From: Gammaproteobacteria bacterium
GTDB taxonomy: Bacteria; Pseudomonadota; Gammaproteobacteria; JBCCGL01
Direction of reading: 5' to 3'
Length of the DNA: 64,000 nucleotides
Assembly (NCBI GenBank): GCA_965277715.1
Contig: OZ255836.1
Coordinates: 160,001 to 224,000 of the forward strand
The position numbers and the translations under genes were made by a program. Below, piece by piece: positions 10,408-19,215 of this stretch. Every line of letters starts with the position of its first letter. Position 1 is the stretch's first letter. The notes under the pieces are model-generated. The model was not told the DNA's origin. It ran no database searches and was given only the letters and a program-made list of their open reading frames with translations.

Positions 10408-10884
10408 TAAAACGGACAACTACCTTGACAAACACCGTAGTGACGACCACTATGTACAAGACTTATACAGCGAAGTAACCCATGGCGAGAAAAAGCTACG
10501 TCATCAATGGCATCGCATGATCTTTTCCATAAAGGGAAGCGTTCAGCAGCAATTGCTTTTTCCATACTTATTTTACAGTGTTCGGTGATATATTCTTCAA
10601 CGGTCATCATTTCGTTCATATTCAATTTGCCCATTTAATCAGATATTAAATGGGTATTTTAAAAAAAATTCTGCTGGTGAATGCAAGTGTTTTTTTGGAT
10701 AATTTTATTTATTTTATGAATTATAAAGCGTGTTATCGGTTTATAAAAAAACAGTACAAATATTATAAAAAATACTATTTGTAGCTTATGGCGGCTCTTT
10801 TCAGGTGTTATTCATTGCGTTATTAGCTTCCTGGTAGGATTCTAGTGGTACACCCATGTAGAAAAATGGAATATTCTTGACGTG

Positions 10885-10920
10885 GCCGTGATTAGGCGAA
10901 AACCGTCTCTTGGATATATT
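10885..10920 (+). repeat. Degenerate solitary CRISPR repeat upstream of the tracrRNA
   Basis: GCCGTGATTAGGCGAAAACCGTCTCTTGGATATATT, 26/36 ungapped identity to the array repeat. Confidence 0.8.
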
Positions 10921-10923
10921 GAG

Positions 10924-10951
10924 TTGAAAACATCGTGTAAATTGCTACACT
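10924..10951 (+). promoter_or_regulatory. Putative sigma70 promoter of the tracrRNA
   Basis: TTGAAA-16 bp-TACACT with extended -10 TG, 7 nt before the anti-repeat. Confidence 0.65.
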
Positions 10952-10958
10952 TATAACC

Positions 10959-11089
10959 AGTATAACCAAGCGACGGTTTCCTACTTATCACAGTAAGACA
11001 GATTCTGTCGTGGGCTCTGCACGTTAGTGCAACCCGCCAGTGCCGAGGCACAACCAGTAGAGAACCCCATCTGATCAATGGGGTTTTTT
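10959..11089 (+). ncRNA. tracrRNA
   Basis: Anti-repeat 10959-10994 matches the repeat reverse complement 30/36 (3 of 6 differences are G-U compatible), then GACAG-ATT-CTGTC hairpin, two more hairpins and terminator AACCCCAT...ATGGGGTT-T tract. Confidence 0.9.
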
Positions 11090-11149
11090 ATTTTCTGATG
11101 CCGATAAAATTATTATTTAGGCTTGATATCAAAAGCGTGCTTGTTGTAC

Positions 11150-11410
11150 GCATCAGCTCTCTATCGACCTCACTCGGTGCGACTGTCCTGCAACTTCGCC
11201 GCGTGCATGGAAAACGCCCGAAACTCGAAGGTACGCGCCTATCGATGCGGTCTTCGCGTGGCGATAGGCCAGTGTCGCGGCGGAATAAACGCTCCAATTG
11301 ATGCTGTGATCGGTTAACGCAGCGGCGACGGTGGGGATGGGTAAGAGGGTGTTCCAAATGGCGCTTCATTATCACAATAGCTTTGCGCCAACTATCGGAG
11401 ATAGGTACTT
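11150..11410 (-). pseudogene. GlxA/AraC-family regulator C-terminal HTH fragment
   Basis: IMKRHLEHPL...NRSQHQLERLFRRDTGLSP with frameshifts; boundaries approximate. Confidence 0.55.
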
Positions 11411-11424
11411 TCTACTCTTTCTAC

Positions 11425-11784
11425 GTAAGCGCCAATATATGGGCGTACTACCCGTTTGACAGTTGGGTTCGGATAATAAAAGCCTTATCCATTGAAGGCA
11501 CCTATGAATTCATCAATAATGCCATTTAATCAATCGTCCAGTAAGCAAGTTTTTTGGCAGAAACATCTTCAAGACCAGCGTGAATCAGGCCTAAGTCAGC
11601 ACAGTTATTGCCAAGCTCACAACCTGAAAGCCCATCAATTTTCGTATTGGAAGAAGGCGAATTATTTAATGAAGCCGAGGCATTAAGTGAAACGGATGGG
11701 GGGATAACGGCGTTTGATGAGTTACAAGGTAATACAACATCGACAAAACGTAAAGATCGCAAAGAACTTGAAATGGGCGCTTAC
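11425..11784 (+). mobile_element. Internally deleted IS66 element (360 bp)
   Basis: IRs GTAAGCGCCAATAT / AAATGGGCGCTTAC; TnpA N-terminus (WQKHL..Q.ESGLSQ..YC..H.L...QFSYWKK) plus TnpC-like fragment GELFNEAE; no target duplication. Confidence 0.8.
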
Positions 11785-11879
11785 ATTTATGGTGGCCAGG
11801 TTAATAGATTTAGGTCGCCCACAAAATCTCCACAAATTTCCCAGATAATTCTTCATCTGAATTTCGTAGGTATCACTAA

Positions 11880-13058
11880 ATGAATAGAAGAGATTTCACC
11901 CGCATGTGCGCCATTTTGGGAATAGGAGCACCCATTATTGGTTGCGGTAGTTCGCCTAGCACTACTAATACACCCAGCACGCAAAGCTTTAACACCAACG
12001 CTGGGCCTGTGTTGATTATTGGTGCTGGCGCCGCAGGCATGTCTGCCGGTTATTTACTTGGGCAGCGCGGTATTGAGTATCAAATTCTAGAGGCCAGCTC
12101 AGTGGTGGGTGGTCGTATGCGCGTAAATGAATCCTTTACTGATTTTCCTATTCCATTAGGAGGCGAATGGATTCATAGTCAAGTTAGCATTCTGGAAGAG
12201 GCTGTTAATAACAGTAGTGTTTCTATTACTACACAAACTCAAGGCTATTCGCCTAGTGATATGGGTGGTGTGTGGAATGGTAGCAGTTTTGAAACCTATA
12301 CCATTGGTGCCTATAGTGATCTGAAGTTTGTCGGCTCGTCCTGGTTTAACTTTTTTGAAGAGTACATATTGCCCACTGTGCAAAACAATATTTTGTTTGA
12401 TTCGGTCGTATCCAATATCAATTACTCTGGCAATTCGGTCACCGTCACCACCGCTGCTGGTCCTATATATACAGGCTCCCGTGTGATTGTTGCTGTACCA
12501 CTTAAAATTTTGCAGGAAGGCGATATTACTTTCACCCCCGCCTTGCCTGCTAACAAAACCAACGCCATTTCACAGACGCTGGTATGGCCAGGTTTAAAAG
12601 CGTTCTTTGAATTCTCTGGCGAGTTCTATCCAACCTTTATCAGTTTTACTGATACTGATGGAAGCAATGGTGAGCGTATTTATTACGATGCTGCCTATGC
12701 ACAAACCTCTGATAGAAACATATTGGGTTTTTTTACGGTAGGTACTGCTGCCGACCCCTACATCAATATGACAGCTGATGAGTTGCGAGATAACTTGTTG
12801 GCAGAGCTAGATACTATTTTTGACGGTGCAGCCAGTGCTAACTTCGTGCAGTTTTTACACCAGAACTGGCAACAGCAACCCTATGCTCAAGCTGCCTATG
12901 TGCAAGATTTTGAAGGTTCAGGTCGAATGACTACATTGGGGCAACCGGTGAATAACATAATGTATTTTGCTGGCGATGCTTATTTTGATGGCAGTGATTG
13001 GTCTAGTGTTCATGTGGCGGTAAGATCCGCCCGACGCGCAGTAGACGCTTTCACCTGA
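11880..13058 (+). CDS. Flavin monoamine oxidase-family lipoprotein with Tat signal
   Basis: MNRRDF...IIGC; IIGAGAAG FAD motif; GGRM; YFAGDA. Confidence 0.85.
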   Translation: MNRRDFTRMCAILGIGAPIIGCGSSPSTTNTPSTQSFNTNAGPVLIIGAGAAGMSAGYLLGQRGIEYQILEASSVVGGRMRVNESFTDFPIPLGGEWIHSQVSILEEAVNNSSVSITTQTQGYSPSDMGGVWNGSSFETYTIGAYSDLKFVGSSWFNFFEEYILPTVQNNILFDSVVSNINYSGNSVTVTTAAGPIYTGSRVIVAVPLKILQEGDITFTPALPANKTNAISQTLVWPGLKAFFEFSGEFYPTFISFTDTDGSNGERIYYDAAYAQTSDRNILGFFTVGTAADPYINMTADELRDNLLAELDTIFDGAASANFVQFLHQNWQQQPYAQAAYVQDFEGSGRMTTLGQPVNNIMYFAGDAYFDGSDWSSVHVAVRSARRAVDAFT

Positions 13059-13377
13059 GTTAAACCGGTTTAGGCGGCATGAAAAAATGACCCAAAAACG
13101 CGTATTGATGATTTATAAAACCTGCTCTCTTACCCGCAGTGTTAGCAATGTCAATTGCATCTGGTCTCTGGGTATACCGATCAACTCCCCGCTCCGCTTT
13201 GTAGCACCTCTGTTAGCCTATCATGGAATCAGTGATGGATTATTCATAGAAAGTGGTGTAGCTTTGTTCATAGCGTACTCACGTTGAGATAGTTGTTGAT
13301 AAGTAAATTTCAACAAAGTACGTTATTTTTTTTATTATCATTCACCCGATTCGAATATAGCTCAAGCACTTCACTAC

Positions 13378-14094
13378 ATGTCTTCGCTTGAAAACTCTCT
13401 ACTATCCAACAAAGTCGCCTTGATCGTTGAAGACGATCCCGACATTCTTCGTATACTTCGACAGTATACCAAGCAGGTAGGCATGCGTGTGCATAGTGCA
13501 GGTGACGGCGAAATGGCACTGAAAATTCACCACATGGCCAAGCCGGATATCATTTTGCTGGATATCGGCATACCCAAATTGGATGGTTTTGAAGTGCTGA
13601 AAGTAATCAATCAGAACACCAAGACGCCCACTATTGTTATTAGCGCTCGTGTCGAAGACGAAGACAAGCTGCTTGGCCTGGGTTTAGGTGCCGATGACTA
13701 TGTTGTAAAGCCGTTTAACCCGCAAGAAGTTATGGCGCGCATAGAAGCGGTCTTGAGAAGAACAGAACCCAAAAATAAACCCAAACTATTAAGATTTGGG
13801 GATTTGTGCGTTGATTTAAATACGGGTGAAGCCTCAGTGGAAAAGGACTCAGGTATGCAAGCTATCAATTTAACACCCAGTGAGTTCCTGTTGTTGACCA
13901 AGTTAATGGCAGCGCCCAATAAAACACATAGTCGATTAGAGCTGATTGAAACTTGCTTTCTTGACAGCGATGCGCTGGTCAGAACCATTGATAGCCACTT
14001 AAGCCATCTACGCAAAAAGCTGTCTGTTGCTGGAGCTGGCAATTGCCTAACCGTGGTGCGCGGTCTGGGTTATCGGCTGCAAGGCGTGGAATAG
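13378..14094 (+). CDS. OmpR-family response regulator (AdeR/BaeR-like)
   Basis: LIVEDD, ILLDI, GADDYVVKPF, RTIDSHLSHLRKKL, VRGLGY. Confidence 0.92.
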   Translation: MSSLENSLLSNKVALIVEDDPDILRILRQYTKQVGMRVHSAGDGEMALKIHHMAKPDIILLDIGIPKLDGFEVLKVINQNTKTPTIVISARVEDEDKLLGLGLGADDYVVKPFNPQEVMARIEAVLRRTEPKNKPKLLRFGDLCVDLNTGEASVEKDSGMQAINLTPSEFLLLTKLMAAPNKTHSRLELIETCFLDSDALVRTIDSHLSHLRKKLSVAGAGNCLTVVRGLGYRLQGVE

Positions 14095-14113
14095 AGTCAA
14101 GGGCTGCAAAAAA

Positions 14114-15355
14114 GTGTATCAGCCCAGGTCCAGATCATCTTTGCGGCGCCAGTTAACGCTGACAATCTGTGCTTTTTTTTTTGACATCAGTAACTTTAAT
14201 TATTGGTGGCACATATATTTATGTATATTTGGGCTTTTCACGATTTATAGACTCGCTTTCTCCGGAAGCACAAGACGCGTACTACACCAACTGGACTGAA
14301 GAAGGCCTACCCGCACCGTATCTGGTGGATGAGATCAGTATTGCTGAAGAGACTATGTTGAATCCAATATATGAAAACGAGTTGACGGTGGCGTTACTAC
14401 TGACGGTGATTACTTTTTGTTTGGTAGTGGTCATCGCACCCGTGGTTGCGCGAAGACTTACCCAGCCACTGGAACAGGCAGCAGCTTCTGCACAGGAAAT
14501 CGCCGATGGTAATTTTGATCACCGTATAGAGCTGTCATCACATAGGAGTGCTGAAGTGTCATCACTTAATGAAAGCTTTACAGCGATGGCAGCTTCACTT
14601 CAGAAAAAAATGCTGAAGTGAAATATGGCACAGCCTCTGTCGCTCATGAGCTGCGCACACCTATGACAATCGTGCAAGGTTATCTGCAGGGTATCCGCGA
14701 TGGCATTTTTACCGCCGACGAAGCGCAACTGGATTTAATGCTCAAACAGATGGATAGCTTGGGAAATTTGGTAGATGATTTGAAAACCATCTCGCTGGCA
14801 GATTCGGGGCAGCTTAAATTGAATCTGGAATCTGTCAATTTGGCTGACATCGCTCAGCAGACCGTGGAAATCATTCGGCCAGAGTATCCAGACATTGATA
14901 TTCGCTTTGACAGCAATGATCATGCTGAATTTATCACCCGCTGCGACTCTGATCGTGTCAAACAACTGTTGATGGGGCTTATCAATAATTCTGCCCGCTA
15001 TGGTGGCACTGAGGTACTAATTAGCTTAGCTAATTTTGGTGATGGAGACATCCACCTATCTGTCGCAGATAACGGTCCCGGTTTTAGTGATCAAGCACTA
15101 CAAAGAGGCACCGAGCGCTTTTGGCGCGATGAAGGCTCTCGTTCCAGGGATATGGGCGGATCTGGTTTTGGGTTAGCTATTGCAGATGCGGTGATGATCG
15201 CACATAGAGGGAGCCTGCAGTTAATGAACACAGCGACGCAAAAACATGGCGCTATTGTTCATTGCAGTTTTAATGGCGTGCTGCGTTTAAAGGTTTCTTA
15301 TAGCTTTCACTCCGCTGATAGGTACAGGTACGGTAGGCGCGGCTGCCGTGCCTGA
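14114..15355 (+). pseudogene. HAMP sensor histidine kinase (AdeS/BaeS-like), two homopolymer frameshifts
   Basis: AHELRTP H-box, DNGPG, GGSGFGL; frame breaks at T10 (14173-14182) and A7 (14604-14610). Confidence 0.82.
15325..15354. repeat. GC-rich hairpin, REP-like (GTAG followed by palindrome)
   Basis: CAGGTACGGTAG-GCGCGG-CTGCCGTGCCTG. Confidence 0.4.
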
Positions 15356-15737
15356 TTTAGCCATTAATAAATTCAATCGTACCTCCTTTCCCTCCGTTTC
15401 TTCCCTAAATTCCGTATAATCTCATTGGCTTGCTTTAGCATATTGGTCGACCAGTTTATCTTGAGACAAAAAAATTATCGAGCTAAATCAAAATTTCCAG
15501 CTAAGAAATACCCTACAGCTACGAATTCTGGATAACCACCCTATCGTCTAACCCCGCTCTTTGATTAAAAGAACGATTACAATTGAATGACATTCTGCGC
15601 TCAAAATATTATCCTTTTACTTACGGTGTTGCTCTAACGACTATCAGTGAGTACAAAGAATCCATAAAAACTATTGAGATAGCTGTTTATTATGAAAGCC
15701 AGCAATGTAATAGGTCTGTACAACGTGCCATCTAAAT

Positions 15738-15826
15738 GTATAACAAAAGTGTTATGTTCGCCCGCAAAAAGCGCGGGCTGGGATGGTTTACGCTATCGCT
15801 CCAGCCGCCCCATACTGGCGTTAGGC
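15738..15826 (+). repeat. attC site 1 of cassette array
   Basis: GTATAAC...GTTAGGC with internal imperfect palindrome. Confidence 0.75.
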
Positions 15827-15849
15827 GATACCGTTACTAAGGAGCAGCA

Positions 15850-16194
15850 GTGAAAGTTCACTACTTGGAAATTGTTTCTCATGATGTCGAGGCAGTGTGC
15901 AAGTCATATGAAATAGCCAATTCTGTCAGTTTTAACGAACCAGATGAATTTCTCGGTGGAACTAGAACATGCGCTTTAGCCGATGGTTCAGTCGTCGGTG
16001 TAAGAGCGCCACTACGGGATACCGAGGAACCCGTGGTTCGGCCTTATTGGCTAGTTGACGACATTGAGAAAGCCGTAGCTAAGATAGAGGCAGAGGGAGC
16101 ACAAATAGCCGTACCACCGATGGAAATTCCAGGGAAAGGAAAATTTGCAATTTATGTTCTTGGGTCTAACGATCATGGACTCTGGCAACTATGA
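15850..16194 (+). CDS. VOC/glyoxalase-family protein (integron cassette)
   Basis: HYLEIV...PYWLVDDIEKAV...PPMEIPGKGKFA; SD AAGGAG; flanked by attC sites. Confidence 0.85.
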   Translation: MKVHYLEIVSHDVEAVCKSYEIANSVSFNEPDEFLGGTRTCALADGSVVGVRAPLRDTEEPVVRPYWLVDDIEKAVAKIEAEGAQIAVPPMEIPGKGKFAIYVLGSNDHGLWQL

Positions 16195-16203
16195 GCTTGT
16201 ATC

Positions 16204-16276
16204 GCCTAACAAGCGCATGCAGTCGGACAGCCAAACCGCTACGCGCTTTGTCCGCCGCTGATGCGAAGCGTTATGG
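16204..16276 (+). repeat. attC site 2
   Basis: GCCTAAC (exact complement of the preceding GTTAGGC)...GCATGCAG...CTGATGC...GTTATGG. Confidence 0.88.
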
Positions 16277-16301
16277 TTGTAAAAAAGCACCGATATTTAA
16301 T

Positions 16302-16955
16302 ATGAACTTAAAAGAACAGTTGAAAGCCAAACGTACCGAATCTGAATCTGGTCGTGACAAGATTCAAGTCGACACAATGAGAGATGCTACCGAACGGCTT
16401 ATAAGAGAAGGAATTGAAAAAAATGCATTAGGTGTCGGAGATAAAATTCCTTCATTCCAGTTGCCAAATATTCATGGGCAATCGGTCGAGATACGTGACT
16501 TGCTTGTAAGTGGCCCACACATTCTGATATTTTATCGAGGTAGTTGGTGCCCTTACTGTAATTTGGAATTAAGAGCCTACCAGAAAAAATTGGCAACAAT
16601 TAAGTCACTTGGCGCTCAAATCGTTGCAATCTCACCAGAACTGCCAGATAGCTCCCTTTCCAATGCAGAAAAACTTGCCTTGGACTTTGAAGTGCTCAGT
16701 GATATTGGTAATGAGGTTGCAAGAGAGTTTGGGTTAGTATTTAAAGTGCCAAATGACTTAGCAGAGATTTATAAGCAGCTAAACAGTGATATTACAAAAT
16801 ATAACGGAGATAACAGTTGGGAGCTTCCAATACCAGCGACTTATGTTGTTGACCCCGACGGAATAATTACCTTTTCATTTGTTAATGCCGACTACTTGAC
16901 GCGGGCTGATCCACAACAAGTAATTTCGGCGCTCACTGAGTTGTCAGCGAAATAG
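16302..16955 (+). CDS. AhpC/TSA peroxiredoxin-like protein (integron cassette)
   Basis: FYRGSWCPYCNLEL, LPIPATYVVD; start moved to the ATG after attC 2. Confidence 0.88.
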   Translation: MNLKEQLKAKRTESESGRDKIQVDTMRDATERLIREGIEKNALGVGDKIPSFQLPNIHGQSVEIRDLLVSGPHILIFYRGSWCPYCNLELRAYQKKLATIKSLGAQIVAISPELPDSSLSNAEKLALDFEVLSDIGNEVAREFGLVFKVPNDLAEIYKQLNSDITKYNGDNSWELPIPATYVVDPDGIITFSFVNADYLTRADPQQVISALTELSAK

Positions 16956-16969
16956 TGAAAGTCCATGAG

Positions 16970-17035
16970 CTATAACAAAGTATTTCACACGGATTTACTC
17001 GCTGTTCTCGCTCTCCGGTGAATGTAGTGTTATGT
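16970..17035 (+). repeat. attC site 3
   Basis: CTATAAC...TTCACACGG...CCGGTGAA...GTTATGT. Confidence 0.8.
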
Positions 17036-17049
17036 TTCAAAAGGTTAAT

Positions 17050-17514
17050 ATGGTTACATTAAAAGTAGATCGAGATAGTGTTCACGCTGGAGATGATATG
17101 TCATCACATGAAATATCTATAGACGTGACCGAAGGTATGAGTATCAAAGAACTTTTAATCTTTGCAGTACAAAAATGTGTTTTACCTGATATTTCTGGTG
17201 GTATGGGTATGTGGTTTACTTATGTAGAATCAGAACTAAAAAAATATCTTGGTGTACTTGCTCAACAATGGAAAAATACCAAGCTTCTTGTAAACTCCGC
17301 CACTACGGTAGGGGTAATATATTCAAAAGAGCAAATCAAGCTAATTTTTCGCTACTGGTGCCAGGTAGGCCCAGATCTAGTTTTTAAATCATTAGCTAAC
17401 AATACTGTTAAATACATTCCAACCGAAAAAAGCGCGACTTCCATTGGGCTGGCTACGCGTTGCTTCGCCAGCCGTTTACAGTGGTGTTATGCGGTAGCGA
17501 TATTCCAGCATTAA
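17050..17514 (+). CDS. Hypothetical cassette protein; reading frame runs through attC 4, so probably 3'-truncated
   Basis: AT-rich ORF starting just after attC 3. Confidence 0.55.
   Translation: MVTLKVDRDSVHAGDDMSSHEISIDVTEGMSIKELLIFAVQKCVLPDISGGMGMWFTYVESELKKYLGVLAQQWKNTKLLVNSATTVGVIYSKEQIKLIFRYWCQVGPDLVFKSLANNTVKYIPTEKSATSIGLATRCFASRLQWCYAVAIFQH
17394..17492 (+). repeat. attC site 4
   Basis: AGCTAAC-AATACTGTTAAA...TTTACAGTGGT-GTTATGC. Confidence 0.72.
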
Positions 17515-17549
17515 CCATCGATACTGAATTTAATTCCGGGTAATTCGAA

Positions 17550-19157
17550 ATGTCTGACAAACCAAACGTTATTTTGATACTTGTGGATGACATGGGGTTT
17601 GCAGACCTCGGGATCACAGGTTCAGAAATCCGTACACCAAACATCGATCATCTTGCTGGGAATGGTGCCTTACTGACAGCGATGTATAACTGTGCCCGTT
17701 GCTGCCCAACGCGCGCCTCACTGCTGACCGGGTTGTACCCGCATAACGCCGGTGTCGGCCATATGGGCGCAAACCTCGGAACACCGGCCTACCAGGGCTT
17801 TTTACGCAACGACAGCGCCACCATTGCGGAAGTACTGCGCGCATCTGGCTATCGGACAGCAATGTCGGGTAAGTGGCATGTAGCGGGTGACTTCATGGCA
17901 CGCGAGGTCGATAGCTGGCGTGTCGGCGATATCGATCATCCCACTCCCCGGCAACGCGGTTTCGATCGTTTTTACGGCATTGTCGATGGCGTTACCAATT
18001 TCTTCTCACCGCATTTCATTCTGGAGGACGACGACCGGGTCGAAGTCTTTGCCGACGATTTCTATTTTACCGATGCGATTACCGATAAAGCCATCACCAT
18101 GATGGAGGAATCGGTTGCAGACGATCAGCCCTTTTTTCTCTATCTCGCCCATGCGGCGCCACATTGGCCGTTGCACGCACCGGCCGAAGACATCGCCCGC
18201 TATGACGGAGTTTATAACCAGGGCTGGGACGCCGTTCGGACCGCACGCCATGAAGCGTTAAACGGTCGCGCCGTACTGCGCGCCAACTGGGATATTTCAC
18301 CGCGTGACAATGATGTACTTCCATGGGAGGCGATCAAACACAAAGACTGGGAGGCCAGCAAAATGGCTGCCTATGCCGCAATGGTCGATCATATGGATCA
18401 GTCTATTGGTCGACTGCTTAACGCCTTGAAACAAATCGACCAGTATGACGATACGCTAATTCTGTTTCTGTCCGACAATGGCGGCTGCGCCGAATTCATG
18501 GCCGAGGACGGCTGGGCTCAGTTCTATCCCGATACGACACTTGATGGACGGAAGATCACCATGGGTAATATTCCCGGGCTGCACCCCGGTGGAGAGTTAA
18601 CTTACCAAAGTTATGACAAACCCTGGGCGAATGTTTCGAACGCGCCTTTCCGGTTGTTTAAGCACTATGTGCATGAAGGTGGTATTTCGACGCCACTGAT
18701 TGCACACTGGCCGCGCCAAATAGCCGCAGGCCAGGTCGCACACGAACCCTGTCATGTCGTTGATGTGTTACCCACTATATTGCAAGCAACGGGCAGCGAC
18801 TATTTATCCGAGATCGGTGGAAATGCAATTCAACCCTTGCAAGGGGAGTCATTTCTGGATCTCTTGACTGAAAAGAATTGGACGCGTGAACAACCGATAT
18901 TCTTCGAACACGAAGGCAATAGCGCGATTCGTTTCGGCAACTTTAAGCTAGTGCGTAAGCATGAATCTGACTGGGAGCTTTACGACATGGACGCTGATCG
19001 CACTGAGCTGAATAACCTGGCGGGCCGAAATCGTCCACTGGAGTCAGATTTGCTTAAGCAGTATCAGGAATGGGCCGATAAAACGGGCGTGCTAGACTGG
19101 AACACGGTGTTACCGATACTGCTGGAAGCCTGGAATCTTCAAAGTGAAGAAGGGTGA
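17550..19157 (+). CDS. Arylsulfatase (Cys-type formylglycine sulfatase)
   Basis: PNVILILVDDMG, CCPTRASLLTG, GKWH. Confidence 0.93.
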   Translation: MSDKPNVILILVDDMGFADLGITGSEIRTPNIDHLAGNGALLTAMYNCARCCPTRASLLTGLYPHNAGVGHMGANLGTPAYQGFLRNDSATIAEVLRASGYRTAMSGKWHVAGDFMAREVDSWRVGDIDHPTPRQRGFDRFYGIVDGVTNFFSPHFILEDDDRVEVFADDFYFTDAITDKAITMMEESVADDQPFFLYLAHAAPHWPLHAPAEDIARYDGVYNQGWDAVRTARHEALNGRAVLRANWDISPRDNDVLPWEAIKHKDWEASKMAAYAAMVDHMDQSIGRLLNALKQIDQYDDTLILFLSDNGGCAEFMAEDGWAQFYPDTTLDGRKITMGNIPGLHPGGELTYQSYDKPWANVSNAPFRLFKHYVHEGGISTPLIAHWPRQIAAGQVAHEPCHVVDVLPTILQATGSDYLSEIGGNAIQPLQGESFLDLLTEKNWTREQPIFFEHEGNSAIRFGNFKLVRKHESDWELYDMDADRTELNNLAGRNRPLESDLLKQYQEWADKTGVLDWNTVLPILLEAWNLQSEEG

Positions 19158-19215
19158 CTGTTTTTTGCATTTTTCTTTACCTCGATTGTTCTATTTGGTA
19201 TTTGGGTAATCATCG

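Larger units (their letters stand above)
8761..10437 (+). mobile_element. IS3-family element (1677 bp) with orfA/orfB
   Basis: 4-bp duplication TAGT (8757-8760, 10438-10441); IRs TGTCAGGGTAGTTGTCC / GGACAACTACCTTGACA; removing it restores host frame SGRHY-LQVTD. Confidence 0.93.
7638..10858 (-). mobile_element. IS4-family-like insertion sequence (~1540 bp net), transposase interrupted by a nested IS3
   Basis: Ends CATCAGTGT.../...ACACCCATG; 8-bp target duplication TAGAAAAA (7630-7637, 10859-10866); DDE motifs AADGH, YDKA, YYKRWTIEKSF; N-terminal part at 10442-10634. Confidence 0.85.

Noticed and set aside
13141-13218. Possible attC remnant ending GTTAGCC
   Set aside because: No recognisable R'' or L boxes
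16191-16301. N-terminal extension of the peroxiredoxin-like ORF
   Set aside because: It is the attC sequence read in frame; the likely start is 16302
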